Below are positions 12,576 to 24,283 of a stretch of DNA of 64,000 bases, one piece after another. Each line of letters begins with the position of its first letter. Position 1 is the first letter of the stretch. A program made the translations under genes and the position numbers. This DNA is from Selaginella moellendorffii (Eukaryota > Plantae > Lycopodiophyta), in NCBI RefSeq assembly GCF_000143415.4, contig NW_003314353.1, forward strand, positions 596,371 to 660,370. Reading direction: 5' to 3'. The notes beneath the pieces are model-generated. The model made no database searches and was not told where the DNA came from. It worked only from the letters and a program-made list of their open reading frames with translations.

Positions 12576-12699
12576 TTTGGCTGGAGAGAAATTTAACACA
12601 TGTCACATTATCCCTCAATTTTTTATGAAAACCGATCGGACTAGGATCATAAAAAATTGAAGGATAATGTGACATGTGTTAAATTTCTCTCCAGCCAAA
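12576..12699. repeat. Near-perfect ~53-bp-arm hairpin
   Basis: tttggctggagagaaatttaacacatgtcacattatccctcaattttttatga, an 18-nt loop, then the reverse complement with one mismatch. Confidence 0.9.
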
Positions 12700-14399
12700 C
12701 GAGAACAGGTAAATTCATCCTCCTATCGAGTTTTAATGTCTTCCATCATTGCTTTCAATTGTTTCTAATCACAGTGTTAGCCATCAAGCCAGGGATTTTG
12801 TTGTAAATCACAGTGATTGATCTCTTGTTCTTGCACACTCACACGCTCAATCTCTCAATCTCTAATGCACTTGCTCTGGATCTCTTGCGTCTTGTCATTT
12901 CGAATAATTTAAATCTCAGCCATCACAATATCTTCAATCTTATTTTATCTTATCATTATTATTATATATGAATTTATAGTTTTATTTTGTATATTTTAAT
13001 GATAATATCTCAATGTTTCTGTTTTTAGAGATGTGATATTATTTTTTCTAAATTATCTAGAAAGGATGCATTATCATCAATATTCATCAATATTTATCAA
13101 TATCAATCGTTACAAGAACTTTAGAGAGTATAAATAAGACACACTTATACTATATTAATTTATGAATGGATGAATCCTCATCCATAAATTTATTTTAGGC
13201 ATGTGCTTTAAAATATCATTAAGCAATGTTCACAATTATGTATAAAACTCAAAGAATTGAATCTGTCATTGAAGAATTATCATTACTTAGTGCTTAAGAT
13301 TTGATAAAATTATCATCACTTAGCACTTAAGATTTGATAACCTAATACTTCACACATGCTAACAATAAGATCAAATCTCTTGGATCAACATGCTATAGCA
13401 GAATGTTATTATTTATATCATTATTAACTATCAAACTTTATGTGCTGAAAATCCTTCTTTGGATATATGTGTATACATGCATTAAACATCATAATAGATG
13501 ATAGTAATATTAAAACTGTCACACTTGCATATGTTAAATTTGCTATAGAATTTAAATTCATTTTGTATATTGTTAACATTCTTCTCATTGCTCTCCTCAA
13601 ATTTCAATTTATGTTTCACTATGGATTTTTACAAACAACATAAAGAGAGAAAAAACTCTAAAACCTATTAAGGATGGAAAGGTTTTTTCTACATTTTCAA
13701 GATCACACCTTTTTCATTCTCTCAGAATATTGTTTTCAAAACTTTTTTATGTTGGCATTTTGATTTTCGTCTTGGCTCTATTTTGTTGAAGGTTGTGATT
13801 CGTAATGACATTAGTATAATTGCATGCTTGGAATTTCTTCTTTCCGATGTGAACAAAGGTGAACAATAATGGGATTTGCAAAATTCTAAGTCAAAGGAGA
13901 TGTCATTATCCTCTCCTTCTCTAGTTCAAGTGAAGAAATCATGCTAGTGCTAGTGTTGAATTCACTATTTCCATCTTCACCAATATTCAAATTTGTTAGC
14001 AATACTTTCCAGTTTTCACACTTCTTAATTGACATGTGCTTGTTTTTGTATAAGCCTATAAATGAGCTTCCATCCTCCTACAACGGCAACATTTTCTTCA
14101 AGCTATGACCTTTAATCAATAGTATAGGTTCCAAACGGAAGGGGATGGAAACTAAGTAGGATGTCCACAATTAGTGCAAGATTAAGACCATATATTTCTA
14201 AAATTTCAAAGGCACAATGTTTATAATTTATTGTGGCAAATATTAAATTGCATGGATGAAATATATAATTTAGATCGCTATAGGAATTCTATATTTTTTG
14301 AAGGGTTTACAATCAATCCTTCTATCAAACGCAAGAACAAATCTTGGCAATGCTATTAAGCCATTCCTACCCGCGTCATATGTTTGCAATCAAGAGCAA

Positions 14400-15740
14400 C
14401 TTTTTCACCTTTATTCTCTTGTATTCAAAATTTGATGCTCAATCGCATGCCACTCCATCTCCTTCTACTACTCGTCCCCTAGGAATTTTTAAAGAATGAG
14501 GCTCTTTCTCCTTTAATTATGGGCTGCAAGAAACATTATGTAAGTTGATACATATTTCAACACTAATTTACCTTCGCCCAGACAGCAACTAGAAAATCAA
14601 GTGGCAGCTGGTACCAAGTTTGTAATTCTTGGCCTTTCCTAGTTGCTAGCTTCACTCAAATTGCTTCAAATACCTCACGATTGTACAACATTTGGACCTC
14701 CTCTAGCAAAAGCATGCCGATAAACTAAAGATGCTCAATGTCATGTACCAATGTATGAGCTTGAAACATAAATTGGTTTAGCCTACAAAAACACAATATT
14801 GGTTAAGTTTACAAAAAATAAATTCTTATATGTTGATCTTATGGCATGCCATGTTGAGCTTCACAATATGCTCCTGAGTCATTGGTTTGACAAGTGTGAC
14901 TAGAACACTAATGTGTCATTTTTCATCATCTCGAAACTTCTCTTGAGTGCACTTCCAAAATACTAGCCACCTATGGTTTCCATTGATCACCCAAAAGAGC
15001 TTTCCAATGAACCCTACTATCTCCACATGTTGTCCTAAGAATCCATCAAACTCACGAAACTTTCGCAGCCATATAGGATCCTATTTTTGCTTAAGTTCAG
15101 TAGTCACTGGCTTTGTTCGACTAGTTCTGGGGAAAGTTGGTGAAACAATGAAGGTACCAGCTGTGCTCCCAAACCCGACCTTGGCAAAGGAGCTGCAGGT
15201 AGCCATGTTGAGTTCGTAAGCTAAGCGCATCCAATGGTTTTGAACCAACTAGCACAAAAGAACTAGAAAACGATGAGAGCCATTTCACACCATTTCCTGT
15301 AACACTTTACTGACTGTCCATTCTTGAGCTTGAATGATTGTGTCCCAAACAAGATCATTCATAATGGTGTCAGAATCATGCATGCATAATCCTTCACCAC
15401 CAGCCTGAGGAGTAGTAGGAGTAGCTACCATACCTCCAGTAGCCTCTGTAGTAGATCCATCTATAATGCTACCAATAACCTCCTTAATCGGTTCAGTTAC
15501 CTTGCCACGAGCAACCTCAACAACCAAAGGCATAACAACCCCACCACCACCAACATTAGATGCAAGTACCCCACCACCAATAGCTGCAGCCTCAAGAGCA
15601 CTAGTACCAATAGCCTCAATAACACTAATATTGATTTGAGTGTCCATCTCAACATCCACATCATTGTTATGCTCTTCGTTGCCTCCAGCATGACTAACAG
15701 AAACTTCATTGGATACTTGAGATGAATCTCCATTCAATCG
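14400..15740 (-). pseudogene. Decayed TE accessory gene with a ParB/Srx-like domain
   Basis: The minus frame reads ...GTFIVSP...DPIWLRKFREFDGFLGQHVEIVGFIGKLFWVINGNHRWLVFWKCTQEKFRDDEK*HISVLV.... NGNHR resembles the DGxHR ParB-like motif; stops fall at likely Trp codons. Boundaries are approximate. Confidence 0.5.
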
Positions 15741-16022
15741 GCCAAACCTATAGCGATCAAGGTGGCTGCATTTTCTTGGAGACTAAGACCATTGAGGTTG
15801 GCCTTGGCGCTTCCTCTAAAATAAAAAGCCAAAAATACTATAACATCTAACTTGTAATGTAAAGCAAGCTTGTGGCATTTTAAGTTTAAGTCCTTTATTA
15901 GAAGTTCTAGGTAGTCAAGCCTGATTTATATCTGCTCTCACAAGAAAAGTTTATAAATAAAAGATGTGAAAAATAGATTGTAAACTACAAAAAATGCAAA
16001 GACATAAAACATAAGTCACTAG

Positions 16023-16556
16023 GAGAGGTTGGTTCATGCGAGAACTAACCTCACCCTACCTCTCAAGAAAAAAGAAAAACACAACAAGAATATGGAGAGG
16101 TTGGTACTTGTGTGAACCAACATCTTCCACCCTCTTATTTTCACATGAAATGCCCCATCAAGTCATTAAAATCAAGAAAAAACCTTGAAGATGTCAGTTC
16201 GCACAAGAATTGACATTTCTATCTCTCTTTGTTTTCTAAAATATAAAGATCTCACCACTAGAAACATGAAAAAAACCAAGAAAGTTCATGTCTAAAAAAA
16301 ATGAAGGTGGGGAGACATTGGTTCACATGTGAACCAATCTTTCCCACCCCTTTATCAAGGAAAAAAAATCAAAACAACAAGGCAGAGATGGGCAAAAATC
16401 TAAATAGAAAATGAAACAGAATGCTAGGAAATGTTGGTTTGCACAAGAACTAACATCTCTATCCTTCAAGAGAAAATAAAAGTCGAGAAAAGAAAAAACC
16501 TCTCATAGAAGAAAGAAGGTGAGGAGATATTAGTTCGCGTGCAAACTGACCTTCTC
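16023..16556. repeat. Array of six ~30-bp palindromic motifs (consensus AGATGTTGGTTC-N6-GAACCAACATCT) with A-rich spacers
   Basis: Copies start at ~16024, 16096, 16189, 16313, 16429 and 16525. Confidence 0.8.
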
Positions 16557-16793
16557 AAGGAAGCATAACTTGTTTAAGGAGTGTTTTAAAGCATATTGCA
16601 AGGTTGAAGTGCCTTTCTCTCGCCCTTCTTTGCTCAAACACACCTTTCTCTAGCCCTTTGCTGCTCAAACCCTAGGCGTAAAACTTTAAAAATCAACAGA
16701 TGTAATCAATAGTCACGATCAATAGTCATGATTTTCATTCTCTTTGATGGCGATCAATGGACACAATCATTCAATGCTTTAGATATTAAGATA

Positions 16794-17200
16794 TGTATAA
16801 TTGATTGTGAGAGGAATAATATTGTTGAAATGAATGTGGTTATGAGTGAGAAGCACTAATCAATCACAAAAGTTGTAGCATTGATTACTTGTTCTTCCTC
16901 TCATCTCCATGCTCCTTTCCCTTCAAGAGAGTTTTATTCTTTTGTGACAAATGAGAGAGAGTCAAGATCAAAAAGGTTAATTCGTGTGCTCTCACAAAAA
17001 AACCACATATGAACCAACCTTTTTGAGCTTGACTCTCTCTCACTTGTTACAAAATAATGAAACTCTCTTGAAGGGAAGAGAGCATGGAGATGAGAGGGAG
17101 AATAAGTAATCAATGCTACAACTTTTGTGATTGATTAGTGCTTTTCACTCATAACTACATTCATTTCAACAATATTATTCCTCTCACAATCAATTACACA
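16794..17200. mobile_element. ~400-bp foldback/MITE (arms ~190 bp) nested in the TIR element
   Basis: tgtataattgattgtgagaggaataatattg... pairs with ...caatattattcctctcacaatcaattacaca. Possible degenerate 9-bp TSD attaagata/attaatatg. Confidence 0.8.
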
Positions 17201-17579
17201 ATTAATATGGGTGGCTCTTTAAGATTTTCATATCTCTCTAGATTCTAAATGGTTGTATATTTTGTTAAAATAATTAGCTTGTCCCTTGCAAGGACATAGC
17301 TAATTAATGCTCACAATATAGAAGAATATCTTTGTTCTTTCTTGTTAGTTTCTCCCCAAATGTTTTCTAAATACTAGATATGAGAGAATTCTACTTAAAG
17401 TTTGATCGAGAGCCTCCACTTATTTTCTCTAAAAGTGTTACAGGAGAGAGCTTCCTCTATAGAAGATTCAAGTTGAAGCCGGAATCAATTATTCTAGAGA
17501 ATGTATATCACAATAAAGGTAATCAAATAGAAAAATCCATTCTTCTCAATAGTGGTGTGGGAGAGAATGGAATTCAATA

Positions 17580-19450
17580 GGATCTTGATAGATGTATAGG
17601 TCAGAAAACTCTAGTTACAAGATTTTCGAAGCGAGGAGAGGGGAGTGCATCAGTTTTACAGTCAACTATGCAAGGAGTGAAGGATGAAGTTGTTATTCTC
17701 TCCAGTGACAAAAGTGAAGAAAATGAGCTTCCCGACATAGCTTCCCAGACAAGTAGGTGCGTTTCTTCTGGGCCAGTTTTTGGAGCAGTGGATAAGGCAT
17801 TTTGCAATCTCAATTATTACGGTTGGAATTGAAGAAGTTTAAGTACATAAGAGGTCAGGAGCTTCCTTCTTCCTATAATGGAATATATTCTTTGAGTTTC
17901 CACCGGCCAGTTTGTCAAGCAGGAAAAGGGGTATGGAGACATGTCTTAATCCATATAATTGGTGTAGAGTAAAGATTACCCACTTCTCCCATTTCAATGG
18001 ATCTATGTCCATAGTCCATTGTGGTGGACAACTTCAGTGTCTCACTGAGAAATACATTTTTGATCATGGCAAGAACATGTGTTTCTTTGAAGGCTCAACG
18101 TTCAATCCCCCTAGGTGTGATGAGGTTGCTACAGGGTTTAGATGCCGCAAATACAAGGCAACACTTGTGTGTCAAACATATTGCAATGCAAAATGTATTA
18201 TTTTCTTCCATGGGATGGATGTTTAGGTAGAGCAGCAATGCATGTTGGACACCACCAACACACAATAAAGGAAGGAATCCATCATGATTCTTTTCACAAT
18301 TTGAAAGTTATTGTTACTATAGAGGCTGGGAAGAAAAAGTGTTGCAACTCCAAAGTGTGTTCAACAGTCTATACTAAAGGACTATGTGGTGGATACGTTA
18401 CTACAATCTGATAGAAAAAAAAGAGTTCACGGAGAACAGCTTGAAGGACTTACTTTGAAATATAGAACCCGTGACACATTTAAACAGGTATAAGATTAAT
18501 ACTTAACTCTCCTTTATCACTAATAACACTCTTTTTTTTTTGTAAAATAAAGAACTAGATGCGAGAAGGGTGAGATGAAAAGTTTCAATTTGGATTAGAT
18601 GCGATTTTGGAGCTAAAGAGGAAATATCCCTATGAGTTTATTCATGGGCACTTATTCATTGGCCAAGTGACTTCGAACAATCAACACCTTTCATCTTTAA
18701 AATGTTAACCCTTGGTCCTACTTCTAGTGTGGACTTTGTACAACGAATGGATATGGATGGAGATGGGGACTTGGATCCATTTCGACCATATAGAATGAGT
18801 TTCAGGCTGGTCAACTATGGGAGCCCATATGTATGATCACAAGTAAATGGCTTTTTATTTTTTAAGGATTCCATGCTAGTTTACATTATACCCATTCCTT
18901 CTACAGGTTGCAGTGCAATTTGACTATACCTATAGCTAAATTCAAGGTCAAGGATTTCCAACCTTAAACTGTCTTTTGGACATGTATGTTTGAGGTTGTT
19001 GAACAACAAACCGAGAAGAAACCCAACTTCTGTGGTTTCATAACAGATGCTGTTGGTGCTAATTTGTTGGCTATGCGGTAAGTGTTTGGAGGTCATAAAA
19101 GTCAGCCATCACAAGGTAGAGAGAAGAGTTGTGAATTTCATTAGGCAAAAAGTGTTAACGAACATCGCCAATGCATCAAATCTAACTTCCATCATGAGTT
19201 CAAGCAACTTTATTGGGAATGAATAGATGCACAAACTAAACAGGAGCAGGAAGCAAAGGCAAATGAGATGTGCATATGGTGGCATGAAGGAGACAAAGTG
19301 CCAATTGAACACTTTCCACAAATGGAATGCTAGCTTGCATGGTGGGAAGTTTGAATGTTTTAGTGGGGTCATTATACTCTCCATATAAGCTTTCTCTTAT
19401 TTTCTTTTCTTGTCACATTCAAATGTTGCGTTTTTCCTAGAATCAACCAC
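17580..19450 (+). pseudogene. Decayed Mutator-like transposase with an N-terminal Cys/His-rich (GCM-like) domain
   Basis: Fragments ELPSSYNG, CGGQLQC, CRKYKATLVCQTYCNAK, MHVGHHQH, IFKMLTLGPTSSVDFVQRM, WIHFDH..VSGWSTMGAHMYD, PNFCGFITDAVGAN. Many stops and frameshifts. A partial diverged duplicate (ELPSSYNGNIF) lies at ~13890-14160. Confidence 0.65.
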
Positions 19451-20895
19451 TTGATGACATTGCACTTACACTAACAACTAATCAATTTGAGAGCAAACAT
19501 TGGAGTTAGAGAACTTCTGAAGCAAAGAAAGGAAAAGTGTGAACCAATAATTTACATGAGCTTATGGAATACCTTAAACACCTAAACTTTATGCTGCCAT
19601 TAAACTTTCACTAGTTAGGGGATTGTATTAACTTCCTTTGACTTTCCTTGACTTTCATTGACTTGAGCTCACCCAACCACCAAAGCAAGTGTGCAAGTGC
19701 AAGAAATCAAGAGATTGAGAGATTAAATGTGTGAATGTGCAAGATCAAGAGATCGATCACTGTGATTTACAACAAAATCCATAACTTGATGGCTAACACT
19801 ATGATTAGAAACAATTGGAAGCAATGATGGAAAACATTAAAACTCAATAGGAGGATGAGTTTACCTGTTCATGGAAGTTAATAGATAACACGGGATGGGA
19901 ACCTGATCATTCTTGCCTTCCTGTTTGAATTTTTATGATCAGTGTTACCTCCTAAGCTAAACCTCGTCATCCCTATTCTCCCATTGAGAATTTCTTGGAC
20001 TGGTAAACTTGTTTGTGTGGAGCATATATGCTCCTTTTGCATTATGCTATTGGTACTTCTTGTTTGAAAGAGAACTACCCTTTCTTTGGAGTGAAGTCTT
20101 CTTTACTGTTTGCCAGCTCCATGGGAAGCTGCTTGACAAGAGGCCTTCATGAGTGGTGGACTGAGAGTTTCAAGTTGCCTCTTCACACTTAAAAACACAC
20201 AGCACTTGAACTGTACAACAGTTACCCCGAAGCAAACGGTGGGAGAGTTGCTAATTTGTGTGAGGAGGGAAGGTTCTCCACTCTGGTCTATGTCACAGCA
20301 AGAGCCCGTTATGCAGTGGAACGGGTAGGCAACGTTCTAACAAGGTATATTTTCTTTTTAAAAGCATAATAACATTAGAGCACTGTTCAGGGGGCTAAGC
20401 ATTCTCTCACCTGTTGCAGTTCCCATGAGGGTTGGGTCAATGGAATACAACCCAACAAAATGTACAACAAAATGGACAACTGCAACAGGATCTCCTTTGC
20501 TAGGTCTTAGAATCCATGCTCCCTGGAAAAGGAAAACACAGTGCTCTCTCTGCAAAAGAAAAAAAGCAGATAGAGCTTACTTGGATTTCCTGCCAGCGTC
20601 CAAGAGTTCCTTTTCATCGCAGAGTCTACTTAACCCTGGAAAGAAAGAGCTCCAGGGGAAGGTTTACGTTCTCTAGCAATTCGGAGCCGCCAGGAAAGAA
20701 TGAGCCCTATGGACCTGGGATTGTCTCGTCGCCAGCGCTGCCGCGGTCGCGAATCCAGTGCCTAAAGCCCTCGAAATATTTCCAGCCTCCATGCTTTACC
20801 CTCGAGACGATCGATCCATGCGATCTTGGAGTGCTGGAGCGGAGCTCGGTTGCTGGATCCAGAGAGGTGAGCGCATTCTTCCTAGGGTTTTGGAG

Positions 20896-21300
20896 ATGAG
20901 AAAGCAAGAATCGAGCGCCAAGGAGCCGCCGACGATCATCACCCCAAGCTCTACCAGGTAAGATCAGCTCCACGAATTCCTGGACAAGACGGTGGAGATT
21001 ATCCGCGTGGAGGAGGAGCCAGATCGTCCAGTGGGTGCTCCATCCCAGGAAGAAGACGATGGAATCCATCTCTTTGGGAAAGCTCCGGCTGGGATAACGA
21101 TGCTAGAGAGAGTCAGGGATGGAGCACAGGGCTAGCGCTACATTCACAATACAAGGGGCTGGTTTTCTAGTGGCAAGAACTCGTTAGAGAATATAGTGAT
21201 TGATAAGGCGAGAGAGAAGGCTCTGAGGATAGAATTTCTAGAAAGGAAGAAGTCATCGCTAGAGAGAAGTCAAGGGTGGCGGCATTGAAACAAGTCAGGG
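20896..21300 (+). pseudogene. Host-gene fragment of unknown product; its 3' part is also duplicated at 4116-4250
   Basis: GC-rich coding-like segment (LHEFLDKTVEIIRVEEE...DDGIHLFGKAPAGI) with a stop. gataaggcgagagagaaggctct is shared downstream of both CR-like copies. Confidence 0.35.
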
Positions 21301-21528
21301 GTGAGAAGTGAGCTCAATTCCACGAAATCATACGTTCTCTCTCTTTTTTTTCGTTTGTTCTTCGTCTCAAAGGGATGGAGCCAGTTCACTAATGCCAGTT
21401 ATGGTTTTTCACTTTTCTTGCAATGCTGGGAGAAACCAACTGGATCTTGCATTGCTGGTTTGATTCAAAGTCTGTGATTCCTTGTGCTAGACAAGACTTA
21501 CAGGTTCTTAATGGGAACTTGCAGAGTT

Positions 21529-24283
21529 TTATAGATTAGCTTTAAGAACCCAGACCGAATCAATCAACCACTCTTTCAGATACAAAGATAGGTTATTGCC
21601 ACCAATCACTCCACATAATGGCTGTATGGCCCCCTCAGCATTTTGCCGTTTCAGTGGGGAAAACCGCCCACCACTAGGGAGTTGACCTGCAAAATAGTTG
21701 AAACCAAACTGTTCCAGATCCTTCCCCGTATGGGGCAAAACTGCCAGTCGCAGTAGTCCATTTTTTGAAGCAAGATCTCTAAGCCTGTTCAAACCTCCAT
21801 CTTTTTTCTTCCTGCATTTCATCAAATCCAAACTGTCCAAAGCACTCGAAATTTTACCTTGAGTAGCCTCATCATCCCCGGATTTCATCTGTAATAAGCA
21901 AGGAATGAGCCGCCGCTCCGATTCGTAGTCATTGGTGAGAAAAAGCAACGCATCTGGACGAAAGGCACCCCAGCCACCATAACCAGTCCAGAGAACCGTT
22001 GGAAATGCGTCAGCCTGCCCTTCAACGTCGTCGAGATACTTCTCAAGTGTATAACAGTCGGTGCCATGGGTGTGACTTTTACCGCACATCTTTGTCACAA
22101 CTCCTGTTGCAACGCGTGCTTTCACCACCTTTGCCTTCTCAAAATATATTGCAGGAACTTTAAACTTGTTGTTGCGCAGTTCCACAGAGCGATTGTCAAG
22201 AAAGCGAAACACAAAGTCTACAGGAGCCTTTCCATCCAATGCGTCAGCCACCATAAGCCCTGCCTGCCTTTCAAACTCAAGACCCACTGTCACATCGCTG
22301 CCTTGGCCCTTGGCTGTAAACTGCTGCTGACAAAACTCATCAAACACTGTTGGCCGACTACGAAAGTAATGGAAAAGAGCTCGGATGACAGCAGGTTCCT
22401 GAAGCTTGATCCAAGTGTCTCTGTCCTGCTTTGCAAAGAACTTATCCAAGTCCTCCAACGCAACACTGTTTCCCTTACTTAGCCAAGCTAACCCAAACTC
22501 CACAAGGCTCAAAGATGGATTGTTGATGTTGAGTAGAGTCGATAGAGACCCAAACATCTGGTGATACAGTATCACCTTTAGCTCCTTGACCGCTGCAGCA
22601 TTCCGAGGCCTTTCAAAAAACTGCTCCACATCCCTCAGAACCGTCTTATCCATGTAGACTTGCAATTCTGATTTGTTCGGTACACCCTCACCCTGCTGAG
22701 AACGACTGATCTTACTCGTGGTGCATATCTTCTCAAAAAAGTCAATCAGGAATTCTGTTGCCTGCTCCAAGGGACGCTTGCTCCCAATGAAATGCTCAAG
22801 TGCTGTGACAAAGAACCTGTACCTCCCTTTGTACAAATCACAGACCCTCTGCATATCAATACCATCCACACTTCGGAGTAGTTTCCCAGCATAGAGCTTG
22901 AAGTCCTCAACAGTGGTGAATCCACCAAATCCATGAAAGACCATAACAGAAGCTCTTCTCTTCAAAGTGGCAGAGATACCCCGTGCCACGGCTAGCATAC
23001 TACCACCTGTGCCTCCATAGTAGAATTGTCCAAATCCACAACCTATGAGTGCCGGCACAAGAATGTCGAGAAATGATCTGCTGCTACAACCAAGAGTCGA
23101 TGATGAAAAGCGCTTCTCCAACCAGCAATTTATTATTTGACACTCGTCAAATATAATCGGACCATCCCAATTCCCTGTTAGACGATCCAGTACCCCCTGG
23201 AACTGACCTTCAATGCGTTCCAAGTCCTCCTCAGTCCGTATCAAGTTTAAAAGTCTAATGGTGAGCGCGCTGAACGGATCTTTGAAGTGGTAGAAATGCT
23301 TCAGCAAAGGGAGTGCAACCTGCTTGAAGAGCCATGCCTGACCCGTCAAATAGCCCATTTTCTCCAACTGCCCCAGCAAATAAAACCTGCTGATGAGCAA
23401 AGCTTTGAGGCAGATTGCAGCACTAACTTCTGGAATGTCTCCAGTTGGATACAGCTCCAGCAATTTTGATGTCACTATTTTGAGATCTTCTGAACCTTCA
23501 GCTCCAATACCAGTCTCAGAGACCCCCACAAAGAAGAGCCCACGCTGCGCTACAGCGATCTCATATAATGTCCTGGTCTTCCCCGATCCCGACACGTTGA
23601 AGAGAACAGTGAGGGTCGGCTGCGCTTTGTCAGTTACCTCTATGATATGCTTGGATGCTTCGAAAGGTTGGTTTAGAGCAAACCACAAGTGGCGGGGGCA
23701 TACATCTCTAGGATATTTTGGCAATGGAACTTTACACGTTGGGAAGTCCGCCAGAAACGCATCCACCTTGGAATATTGAAGATTTGGCTTGTGCAACTCA
23801 TGCCAAAACCTGCGCGAGAAGGAGAAGCAGCTGCGGGATAAGTCCAAGGGTAAGCCTTTGTTGATCTCATTGTTTGTCTTTCCCTTTTAGATCTCTTGGT
23901 CCCTTTTGACTTGCGTTGTTTTTTCTTGCAGAACCAGTCAAAGCGGTTGTGACTGTTGCAAATATAGATAGTCTCTTGGATAGCTGCTGCTCCTCGTTGC
24001 GCAGCTGCTCCTTCTCGTTGCGCAGCTGCTTCTCCTTCTCGCGCAGCTGCTCCTCCTTCTTGACCAGCCGCTCCTCCTGCTTGGGATCATTTGGCTGCTC
24101 CAGTTGCCCCTCAACCGCTGCAATTTGGCCCTCAACCGTTGTAATTTGGCCCTCAACCACTGCAATTTGGCCCTCAACCGTTGTAATTTGGCCCTCAACC
24201 GCTATAATTTGGCCCTCAAGCACAGCAATCTGCCGTTCAACTTCCCAGATTTCCCTTGACAAGTCAGAGACATCCACCTCCAT
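21529..24283 (-). pseudogene. CR-like header-NTPase-nuclease gene, copy 2. Exon-2 ORF intact, but the intron-containing 174-bp segment is inverted.
   Basis: Highly similar to copy 1. Segment 23810-23983 is the reverse complement of copy-1 6772-6945, so exon 1 runs into a TGA at 23867 and the 772-codon frame loses its acceptor. Confidence 0.8.

Larger units (their letters stand above)
12703..19870. mobile_element. 7.2-kb DNA transposon (Mutator-like) with ~170-bp terminal inverted repeats
   Basis: Left end gaacaggtaaattcatcctcctatcgagttttaatgt... (from 12703) is the reverse complement of ...acattaaaactcaataggaggatgagtttacctgttc (to 19870). A decayed transposase lies inside. No clear TSD. Confidence 0.8.

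Noticed and set aside
16023-16556. CRISPR array interpretation of the spaced palindromes
   Set aside because: Eukaryotic TE context, degenerate repeats, variable-length low-complexity spacers and no cas genes.
23810-23983. Link between the inversion length (174 bp) and the LTR length (174 bp), or a site-specific recombinase switch
   Set aside because: No sequence similarity to the LTR, only 2-bp inverted ends, and no recombinase in the window.
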